From contig NOWV01000192.1 of the NCBI GenBank assembly GCA_003344405.1, forward strand, positions 62,001 through 126,000: a stretch of 64,000 bases of DNA, written 5' to 3'. The notes under the pieces were generated by a model that was not told where the DNA came from, made no database searches, and worked only from the letters and a program-made list of their open reading frames with translations. This DNA comes from Trichoplax sp. H2 (taxonomy: Eukaryota). Shown in pieces: positions 28,201 through 40,200 of this stretch. A program made the translations under genes and the position numbers. Each line of letters starts with the position of its first letter. Position 1 is the stretch's first letter.

Positions 28201-31200
28201 AGGATAATGACTAATAACTTTGTTACTGGCATCAATTCAAGAGCTTTTGAAAAATCCTCAAAGATTTCGAAATTGTAAAAATTGAAAAAATTAATTTAAA
28301 ATAAACAAAAGTATTAGTATACGTATTCTGAAGTAATGTATTAAATTAACCTTGGAATTTGCAGAGATTTATCTGGAAATAGAATTCAAGCAGTTTCACT
28401 TCTCACGTTCTCGGACTTAGTCAATATAAAAATCATGTAAGATCTCAATGATGTGATTATAAATAGTACGCCATTTATTTACTTTTCGTACTCTATATTT
28501 AAATGAAATAACTCCCAAAAAATTAATCCATTTGTGAATGTCTCTTAGAGCACTTAGAGTTTGTTCTTTTGGTGATATTGGTGCTCAGTTATTCTCTAAC
28601 AACAGTTTTCTTACTGAATTGTAAGTCTAATTAATATTTAAGCATATAAAATAATGCTTACATGAAGTTATTACTTATTAGTTATTTAATCGTACAGTAT
28701 ACTTAAGAGGTGCTGATTAATCTTCTTCGCCTAAATAGAGACCTTGGTGGATGTAAAATCAAAACTATTGCCTCCCAAGCTTTTAAAAATTCTGTTTCTT
28801 TGAAAACAATGTAAGATTCTTGAAGATCTGAACTGTCTTCAATTCAATTAAATAACCTCGTATACATTCAAAAACATAATAACTTTCACTAGATAAATAT
28901 TCAATCTTAATTTCTTTATGACCGACCATAACATTACATTTCAAAGCTAGATTGAAATTCTGCCATATGTATTTCAGAAAGATCCTTATACTGTCATGAA
29001 TATTTATCTTTAATTTTCAGAAACTTATCGTCGTCACTCATGCGCTCGTTACCGCCGCATTTATTCGGAACTGATACGAAATTGTTCCTGCATTCGCTGT
29101 ATGTACAAAAATTAATGTATAAAGATTAAATTAATTTCATACAAATTTATGAATGTTTTATGAATTCAAATCGTACAATCTTTAAATAATTGATACGCCA
29201 CAACTATGAGACACAAAGAATGGCTTTTAATCATTTTACTGACTTATGGAAATATTATAACGCCGTTTTGTTCAATGGCGTAGCTATATTTAGCTTATTT
29301 TACGCTATGAAAATTTAATTAATTAATTAAGCTGTCTGCTAGGTACCTAAATAACAGTTTAATAGAAAAGATCGATGAGAAGGCGTTTTATGGATTGCAA
29401 TATCTGAGTCTCTTGTAAGCTTATTCGCTTTAGATATTTCCTTTACTGACTTGATAAAGAACTTTCTTTCAAGGAACTTTATATAAATTAAATTAATACA
29501 TACTGTATATGTACTTTTAACCTTGAACTTAGGACACTGAGTACAAATAATATTCGATATTTACATCCAAATACTTTTCAATCTCTCGTTAATTTGGAAG
29601 AATTGTAAGGATCTGATATTATAAAACACGCTTACGTCAATAACTTAATCGCGTTAGATAATTAAATAAAATTAAGCATAGTTTACTATTCGACAGTAAC
29701 CAAGTATAGCTTTCCGATCAATATTAGTTGAATTTCACCATTTTGGTGAGAATAAACTATTACCTTTTTAATAATAGAAATCTAAACGAAAACGAAATTG
29801 ATCATTTAAAGCGTTATACGTTTGTTGGTCTCACATCTCTCAATATTTTGTAAGTAGCTTAGCTGATCAGCACGATATAGTTGTAACGACGTTAAATTTC
29901 AGCGCATGTATGTGTTACATTATTATACACTGTAATATTGAGATTGTCTTAGAAATATCTATGTAAGGATAATTTTGTTAATTTGCCCTTATATAAAGAG
30001 TTTCTAATTTAGATATGTGATATTTAAATATAGCACTAGCTTTTATGGTGATATATACAGCCTCCTGAAATTAATAGTTAAATCATGGAATCGAGAATAA
30101 TCTTCTTACAATTCAAATCACTGTGATCGAAATTTACTTATCTTAGAATGTAGATTATCGTAGAAATGTTCCGTGGTGTCTGCATTAGGTAGCAGTAGAT
30201 AAATTTAGCTTTTGATTCATTATAAGGTTTTAACGTTAATATTACTAACTAGGGTGTCTTTGCTATTGTAAAAGAGTACATAAATGCGATAAATCGTATA
30301 ATAAAATTAGTTCTTATGATAAGTGTTTAACGTAAGATACGAAGCCTCTAAGTCTTTTTGTAGTCCACTAGTATAGGAAAAGTGTTCCTGAAAGAGTAGA
30401 TACTGCTCCGTGATACGTAGTTCAGGGATTCGACAGCTTGATCGTGCGTTATGTTATCTTGTTGCAAAGCTGTTTGTAACAGTATGGCTCTGCAATACCT
30501 TTTAAATTAAATAGATCTACTAGATTACTGCACCTAATGTCTATCATAAAATAAATTAAGAAATCATACTTACATCTATTCATAACTTAATCTTGTTCTG
30601 ATACTTTCTATAACTTTTTTAATGTCAATCTTTTATTCATGATAATTTTTAGGTTGTTAGCTTCAAACGAAATCAGTTACATAGAAGATGGAGTATTTAT
30701 AGACCTTACTGCACTTACGAAATTGTACGTCAATACATATAATCTTATTTCATGTGTGAAGTTTGTTTTATACTTCACTGTATTTAGGTCCTAATAACTA
30801 AAAGAATTTAATTTTTTTGCTTATATTCAATTTGTTAGCTCAGTTAATAATCCAAATGATCCATAAACATGAATTTTTTAATGCAGTCAGCTCTGTCAGT
30901 TATGTCAATCTTTTGTTGATAAAATTCTTTTCAAGTGCTTTAGTAATTTCGAAAGAAAGATTAATTAATAAAAATATTACAACTTTAAAGTAATGATAAT
31001 ATAACGCTTTAAGAATATTCAGCATGAATGCAGGCGCCAACTTAATCTTAACAGAAGAAAATAAGATAATCTTAATATTTTATGGTTCACATTTGCTGGT
31101 TGATATAAGCTTGTAAACGTTAACGTAGTACCATTACTTGCCTATCAGGTTACTCCTAATAGCTAATAATTTTTTGAATATATAGTAAGGTTAGAATACC

Positions 31201-34200
31201 TTTTCTTTCATTTAATTGCTTTCTCACCAGAGATATCAATAACAATTATTTGACTTTCCTCAATCTATCAACATTCAGTGGGCTTTCCAGGTTAAACTAT
31301 TTGTAAGTATGAGATAAATTTGTTAAATGGATTTTTTTGTTATAATTTTTTCCAGCATGGTTGAGATATGCTGAAGATTCAAATGATTTGCAAGCGACAC
31401 ATGACAAGAAAAACAATTACTATTAATATATTTGATATTGTTTACTTACACGCACAACAGACTCCTGGATGAAAATCAGCTGACAACCATCCAAGATTTT
31501 CAGTTTTCTAAGCTACCCAAACTGCAATTCCTGTTAGTGATCAAATTTTTGACGCATGAATTGAAAGTAAAGAGCAATACAGAAATAACTGAATTACATC
31601 TGCGCTTATTTGATTAAATTTAGATACTTAAGGTCAAATAAAATAAAGCAGGTACAAACGAAAGCCTTTGTCGGACTAGAAGACATAAAACAAGTGTAAG
31701 TACGTAGATTAATTATAAATTGACTTTTAATTGGATACGATATCCTGCTGCGTAATAAATTAGACAGAGTTATATTAGAAAATTCTAATACGAAGCTTTA
31801 TAGAGCAAAATTTTAACCCAGTAATCACATTTCTTCAATACTAACCTGCCAATGTATTTTTAAAACAACGCATCTAATATATCGCAATACAATTCGTAGC
31901 TGGCTAGATGGGAATCTCTTTTACCATTTAAAAGATTTACCTCTAAACCCTTTCAATAATCTACAATACATGTAAGATTGAAGATAAGCTAAATTTCTCT
32001 AGCTAGTTTTTCGTCAGTTTATACTGTGCAACTGCAAAATTTAACGTAGTTCTAATACTTGAAAACTCATCAGCGGCTTATCTAGAAACAAAATTCGAAA
32101 GATTGATATGGTTTGTTCAAGCAAGAATAAATACAAAGTTAGCAAAATGTAAGCCAATAGCAAGCATGAAATAATTTTTGACATTGTATATATATAATAC
32201 TGAAAATTTTCGTACGCTCACTTATAAATGGTTTTGGACATGCTTGTTAACACGTATTCTAGTAAATAACATAATTCAGACTTTAGCATTTTATAGATTT
32301 GAAAGGGTATTCTAGTATCAAATTTCATTAGTTATTAAAGAGACCATTCTGTAATAAACAGGATGATTGATGCCTGTGATGCAAGTAGCCTTGTTTTAAC
32401 ACTGTACATTAAAATGGTATTTAGGCTATTTATTATGATTCCAATTTAATGTTTTTTCCCCTTATTTCTTAAATTAGAGATTTATCGAGCAACCTTATGA
32501 GTGAAATTAAAATTTCTGGATGTTTTTCTTGTTTAAAGCAAATGTAAATTATATTTGAAGTCAATTTCATTTATTCTACTGTTCGAAAAGAATTCTTAAG
32601 CAATATTTTTGTTAAATTTTGTTCCTAGGATATCAGTGTTACCGCTACATCTAATTTTATCATTTAATCAGTCAACATATTAAAAGTTATTCATTAAATC
32701 TTTGCTTTGCGTTTCAGAAATATCTCCAGCAACAGATTTACAAATGATAGAAGCCTGTCACTTCGCAACGTTTCCTGTATTACATCCTTGTAAGTAAATT
32801 CTCTAACTATGAAGCTAAAGCCCATTTTGCTAGTAACATCCGCTCGTCATTTGCTCTATTGCGTTCTCTTCTAAATGTTAATCTTGCCGAAGTTGATTGG
32901 ATAAGGAAGCATTTAAACGATCAAATTATTTTATTTATTCTAATTAAATAGTTTAGGCCGCATAAATTGCCAGTATTAATGATTAATGTTATCTTATTAT
33001 GGTCTTGCGAATTTGACCTTAAAGTTAGTTGTTTGGGTATTTTTTAGAGATATTAGCCAAAACAGAATTTCTAGCCTATCATCTGATATTTTCTCCACTT
33101 TTCAAGATCCAATACTTATTTCTACATTGTACGCATACTTATACACAAATTAGCGTAGTAAAATTGTCATATTAGCACGGATGAAAATGCTAAAAACTTA
33201 ATTAAGTTAATTTTATTTTCTAAAATTAGGAATATATCTGGTAACCGTCTTGAGTATATAAGATCTACTACATTTTATCCAACTTTAGGATTGGAAAAGC
33301 TGTAAGAGCTCATAACATAGACGTTTTTAGTTACTGTTAAATCAATCTTTGGTGATAGAACTTGAATAATACTTTACAATTATATATAATCAGCTATGCA
33401 GTTTTCGAAGAAAATTATTATGGAATTAATTAATTATTACAACGTTATAATGAGCAAATTTTTTGATAGCGTCATAATAAGCTACTAAAGGTATGATATT
33501 AAATATTACTACTTACTATTTCATTCATTGATATTGTAATATAAATTAAAATAACATCTTTGCATTACCTAAAATGGTTTAAAAACGGCTTCTATAATTT
33601 AAAATTTAGAGATTGCGGTATTAGTGTAAAGGTTAGCGTCACGAAAGTAATTTTCGTGACGTATACTTTATTTCTATGTTACGCTCTATATATGTTTATT
33701 CTCAGAAATACTTTACGGTCTCTTTAATTATAATTTAGTAGTTGACAGTTGATATCCTTGATAGGATTAGATAGACTAAAATAGTAATTGCCAGCTCTTA
33801 AACTGGATTGCATCTATCACCTCCACGGTTGCTAAAATTAAAAGTATAATTCCTAAGTTTAGAGGAAATGTCTTAGTAGGGTAGCTTAATATGTACCTGT
33901 TAAACTATTATTAAATATTAATTATTTTATTACTGATACAGTAAATTTAATAGGATTAGATTGTATCTAATCTGTAATGATAGAATCTCTTTAGAGTATT
34001 AATTTGGTTAATTTCTAATAGACGAGGTGACTTGCGCAGTTAAACCTATCGTAGGTACCAAAATCTATATAAGCGATGGGTTAGCCGATAGTAAATTAGA
34101 TTGTGAAAGTACTATAGTAAATTTTGAAGGTCTCGCTCAGTTGAATTCTATCTGGTTTGGAATACCAATTGACTGGTATTCCAAATAATAGTAGTATAGG

Positions 34201-37200
34201 ATAGAAATTACTCTCTCAATTCTAGTTGCAAGTTAGAGCTATTCCTAGCTGGTAACAGGTAGACTTACGAGATAAAAAAATTCAACTTGCAATAATCTGA
34301 AATCTCTTTAACCTAAGTTTTTACATTAAAAATTGTTATTTGTAGCAAACCTTGTAAATTGCAGGAACAATGACTTTAAATAATATTATAATCTTTGCTT
34401 ATATGTTCTCAGACACATTGAAAATAATCGCCTTGATAAGCTGGACTTTCTTCATCCTCTACAAAAATTAAAAATTCTGTAAGGACTGATATAAGTTTGA
34501 CGAAGAATTGATGACGAGAGTAGAAGTTCTCTATTGTATGAGATATTAGTCAATTTTTATCATGAAATACATATTTTTAAACGTTGTCAAAACCAGCTTC
34601 GTGATAAAGATAACGTAAAAAATCGCTGAATTACTATAGTCTTCGGGATTCAGTATCCCTTAACTATCTCACAAGCATTTAGACGCCTTTGCTTCTACGT
34701 TAAACAGCTATAGAACTCTTCCTTTATTCAACTATCTGCAGAGCATAAATACCCTTCGACAGCTGCTATCATGTATGAGTCATAAAAGTTCATAAAATTT
34801 AGTTCATGGTCGATAGCTATATTAATACAGACATTATTCATAATCTTAGACATGTTCTGAACGATTCTTGATAATAAGATTACAGTATGTTCGTACACAG
34901 AATTATTTATAGTATCATCTATAATTAAATATCTTCAGAATATTCATCACCAGTGTTACAAGACATTACAGTATGATCATTTATCATTAGTTGCCGAATA
35001 AGAACTCTTACTACATGTCACAAACTTATGTTGCGAACTACTACACTAAACTAATAGATTACTTATGCCTTGCTCCACTACACCTGGAGATCTACTGTAT
35101 GGTAGTTCTTTACTACTTTCGGTCACACAGGGATAAGACTGTTCTAAAAGATTAGTATAGTTTTTATTAGTAGAGTAGCCGAGTACCTTCTCGTACACGA
35201 TCTAATAAGGAACTCAGGAACTGAGCATTCGCTCGTCCTTTTATACCATTCCACTAAATTTATGGTGCACACATAGTAACTTGACAATATAAGATTTACA
35301 TGATTTGTATACGCGATAATCGCACGATAAGTGCGCGATAGTCACACGATAAATGCGCGGTAATCACACGATAAATGCGCGATAATCGCACGATAAATGC
35401 ATGATAATCGCGCGTACGTAGCGGGTGCTAACGTATCGCCATTATTAATATCTACTGTATATAGGCTCTACTAATTAATTGCAAATACAATTATGCCTTT
35501 TGTCGTCTAGCAATCTAGACATTAATATTCTTAATTTCAATTATGCTTACCAATATGATCCATTGGCTAAATACTGACAAAATCTATTTAATTAGCAAGT
35601 ACGGTGCTTTGCTCCGTAACACTACAGTACAGCATAATTTACTGTAACAAATAATAACTACCAAAGTTCTTACTGTAAATCATTATTAGTTATCTCCATA
35701 TATAAATGTTAACAACTAAATTTAGTGATTTACTTTTCACGGTGGTTCGTATCGTGACAAACGTATCTACTAGTATTATCAAATTTTCGAAATAATTTTT
35801 GTCTATATTTTGGTAGAAAAGATAAGATTTATTTAAACGGACAATTGGAGCTAGTAATATAACTATATTGATTTATTTTCGAAATTTACTAAATATTCAC
35901 TTCTTGGATTTTCATTTCGCTAGCCTAGCCTTTAAAAATCGAATAAGTGAACTGAAGAGTAGCTACTTCCAAAATTTAACCAATCTAATGCAATTGTAAG
36001 GGATAAGTAAATAATCCAATAGAATATTTTTTTCGGAGGCCTTTTTACTATCATGAAATTAGTACAAGATCAGCCGTAAATAATGTAGGATTATTTATAA
36101 ATAAAATAGATGCCGAATTAATTTCAAATTCTATTAAATGCTCCTAGAGATATCAGTTTTAACGAAATAAAATCTCTTGAAAATGGCATATTTAAAGGGT
36201 GTCAAGATATTGCAATCATGTAGGTTTCCATACGAGACTCTATTGACTTGACTATCAGTCTTAAATAAAAAATCAATCCCCCGTTTCATGAATCGCAGAA
36301 AGATTTCCTATAGTTCTCTTATTAAATGATCATTAATATGTAATCCACGGATATTTAGGAATCTGAATCATAATAAAATTTCTAGCATTGAAAAAAAAAC
36401 TTTCCAAGGTTTATCGAAGTTATCTTCGCTGTATGTTACTGAATTATTTTACCAGCTGTTACCAATGCGTATAAAATATTTTTACAATCTTGAAAACTAG
36501 CAAGCATTGTAACTGGCACTTTGATTTATTAGAGACCTCAGCTATAATCGAATAACATCTTTGAAAGGAATATTTCATCCAGATTTAATTGAGTTAAATT
36601 CGTTGTAAGTAATCATTTCTTTATGAATTGGAGCTACCTAGTACGGTTACTCTCTATCCTATTCGTGGACAATTTTAGTTTGAAATTTTATTTGCTATAA
36701 GCTAAATCTTCTTTTAAGAAATGCTTATTTTTAGGATAAATATTACTATTCGACTTTTAAGTTTTACTCATTGGCCTCGAATCTTCTAATTTAAACCGTT
36801 TTTTATATTCACACATGCGAAGAAAATGCGATGGAAATTTAATCTCTTCTTTAGCTGGATCACCGTTTTATAATTTAACTAAACTTGCTCATCTGTATGT
36901 TATTATTTAAAGGCTGCGCCAACTATCATATTATTAAATATAGTAGAAGGAATTAATATTTGCTAATCTAGAATGCATTTGAGTAACGAATTAATCATTC
37001 TGATGATAATATTTTGTCCTAGATCTCTGAATCACAATCAAATAGTAAAAATTAGCAACGGCAGCTTCACGAACTTAATTAGCATACGTAAACTGTAAGT
37101 CATTATTTCATTATGTGCGAATATAAGAATGCTAGCTGTGATTAGTATATATTATTATCTGAAGCAATAGTTGCAATTTTCTTCAAGTATACTATTTAAA

Positions 37201-40200
37201 ATTTTTTTTCTACTTCTCAGATCGATTAATTATAACAAAATTTCTGTCTTGTCGTGCAATTCAATTTACAAAACCATTCAAGAATTGTAAGTTATATTAG
37301 AATGATATCGATAGCTGTAAGCCGATACTTTTGGAGATGAGATTTGCTAATTATTAATCAGTTTTGTTTGTTCACACTTAACGTGGTTATTTATGCAATG
37401 GATAGTTCTGAAGTGATTTTATCATTTTCTATGTCACTTAGGAGTGTAAACCATAATAATATATCCGGTTTCTCGCCAAGTTGTAGCGAAATTTTCTCCA
37501 GCATAAAAGACAGCTTGTAAGCAATTAGAATTTTATGTTTATTACTTGCCTTAAGCGCCGTTGTTATGAATTTTTTGATTCCACTTCTGTCTTCGTTCTT
37601 TCGATATAAAATTTGAAATAGTACTTTTCGTATATCAATTTAAAGGGATATAAGCTATAATAATCTTGTATCGAATGGCATTAATATTTATAAGGAAGTT
37701 TTAATGAAATTGGCAAAGTTACCACCTACCCTGTAAGTATTTTAAAACGTCTGAAAATAATACTATGAGTCTCGAAGATCCTTATTTAAAATACTGAGTA
37801 TTTACGTAGCCTGTTGATTTGAAGCTATAAAGCTTGCATCTTAATTTTACGTTGAATTCAATAACTAGACTATTAGCCGGCAACAATATTACGTCCATAT
37901 CACCTTTATTTATGAAATGGAATATTTTCCTTAGAATATTGTAAGTGCTATTACTATTTCAGTATATTTACCTAACTTATATTTCGCATTAGTGTCAAAT
38001 GCATACAAACTTAACGAGAAATATCCGCAGCTATGTTTTCAATGCCGCTGACAATCTTAAGCATTTCAGTATACTCACCATAATTAATACAATGTATCGC
38101 ATTTACATTTAAATTTTTACTAACATATGAAGAAATATCGACAGATCTCTACTTCAATGCCTTTTACAATTCCTTCTTTAATTTGAAGATTAATAAGTAA
38201 TTTAACACTCTATCGTTGGACTGGCTTCACCACTAATAAGAAAAACTTCCACATACATCAGATATGCAGTTACACTATCGAGTTGTAGTTCATACCTGGA
38301 ACCACTAGCGCTCTACTAAAATGTACAAAATAGCTTTCGTTTGAGTGTAAATTACGTTATTCATTGAACAATAACCGATGAAGCTTCTAAAGCCGAATTA
38401 CGGTGGTTTTTACGACTTATCCAATCATAAATAATTATAATCAATGTAATCAAATATCTCTAAGCTATTGTAATAAAACATTGCATAAACGTAAATTATA
38501 ATTAAATGTTCACATTTGGTAGTTTGACTGCGTTCCTTATTGGAACTTTGAAAAATATAAAACGACGGACTAACTAAACCGTTAACTTTAAGCTAGATTA
38601 CTAGTTTATTAATAAATCCATAGGTCTATTGGCCACAACAACTTATCGCTATCTGCTATCAAAGAAATCATAAGAGGATTTTATATCACTAATTACTGTG
38701 TATCGCCAATTGGGCCTAATGACGATGCTAAGTGTTTTATTTACTCCATGTAAGTCTAGAAGCTAAAATTTATTTCATCATAAATGTAGATATGTCAGTG
38801 AAGCAACGAAAACATTCCTATGTTTTATACTAACATAATTTTCTTGCTGCTTTTATTTTCTGGATTCATTTTATTTATTTGGCGCAGTGACTTGAGCTAC
38901 AGCAAATTAACAGAAATCCCATCCAATATATTTGTTCATCTACGTGGATTTTTAAGAGTCCTGTAAGTCGTTTCACATAATTGCTAGAGTAGACCAAACC
39001 CAAATTAAAATATTAAGTATCCTACGAGGCGATTAATAGAAATAGAACTATTCAGCTTTCTCGACTACTATTAATTAGCTCGCCTTGTTTAATTCCCAAC
39101 ATGTTTGAAGGCAGTGAATAAGCGCAGCTTTTCAAATTAAACTAAATAATCGAGAAATGGATTATACGGTTGTAGTTCAGTTTTTTAAAATATTGTAAGA
39201 ACTATCGTATTAAATATTACGGGATAGCAATGTACTGGATCGTTATCTTTATTTTTTCTTTCGATATCTTATAATAGGAATCTCAATAATAACGCCATAA
39301 AACATTTTGATGCCTCCGCTATATTTCGTGATAGTGAAAAGAACTTACAAGAACTGTGAGTTAACTTTGAAACTGTTTAAATATTCATCTTTTAATGATT
39401 GTAACAAATTGGATAGAGTAAAAAATTGTACTGAACTCTTGACTGATGATGAGATAGTTTGAATACTGTATTACTATGTGTTTGAAACTGTTACTGAAAG
39501 GCCGAAGTTTTTCCCAAGATTTGCATTTTACCGATACTTTAAGATAAGGCGTTTAAATGTAGCTACATGTATGAATGGTCGATTTATGTGATAAGTTATG
39601 AACTTTAAAAGTAGTAGTAGGACTATCATAAAAATATCAATAATATTTTCAATATTTCTTGCTTTCTTTCAATACCATTTAATAGAAAAGAGTTTTTCAA
39701 ATAATCAATTATTGAGTATCGCTTTCATTATGTGAAACGTATTTTTGTAATGTAGCAAAATATACTTATATCAATGATATATTACATTAATAAAAACTTC
39801 TGCAGACATTTGGCTCATAATGCAATAGCCGAAGTAACTAATCCTAATAACGTCCAATTTAATGCACTGAAAATAATGTATGTATAAAATTCGTCTTTAA
39901 TTATACATGAAGATGCGAAAGTATATTTCTTACACGTTCAGTATTATGCGGAATTTACGTAGGAACTTGAATCAGAACACACTCTCCAACATTTGCGGAA
40001 GGTCAAACGTACTCGGAATTGCTCCTAACTTACAGAAATTGTTAAGTTTGACTTAGAATAAAGTGATATTTTCTGCATTTTTTATTATTCTTCAAGTTTA
40101 ACTTACTACTATATGAAATGTAAATTTTAGATATTTGGATTTCAACAAAATAAGAATTTTGAAAAGTAGATGTTTCAGGACACTTTTCAAATTACAACTA

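Larger units (their letters stand above)
34585..35759 (+). mobile_element. Family B, copy 4, hosting nested element D
   Basis: TGTCAAAACCAGC...ATCGTGACA, perfect TSD AACGT. Confidence 0.87.

Noticed and set aside
35312-35414. CRISPR-like array
   Set aside because: Head-to-tail minisatellite without unique spacers, in a eukaryotic intron with no cas genes.
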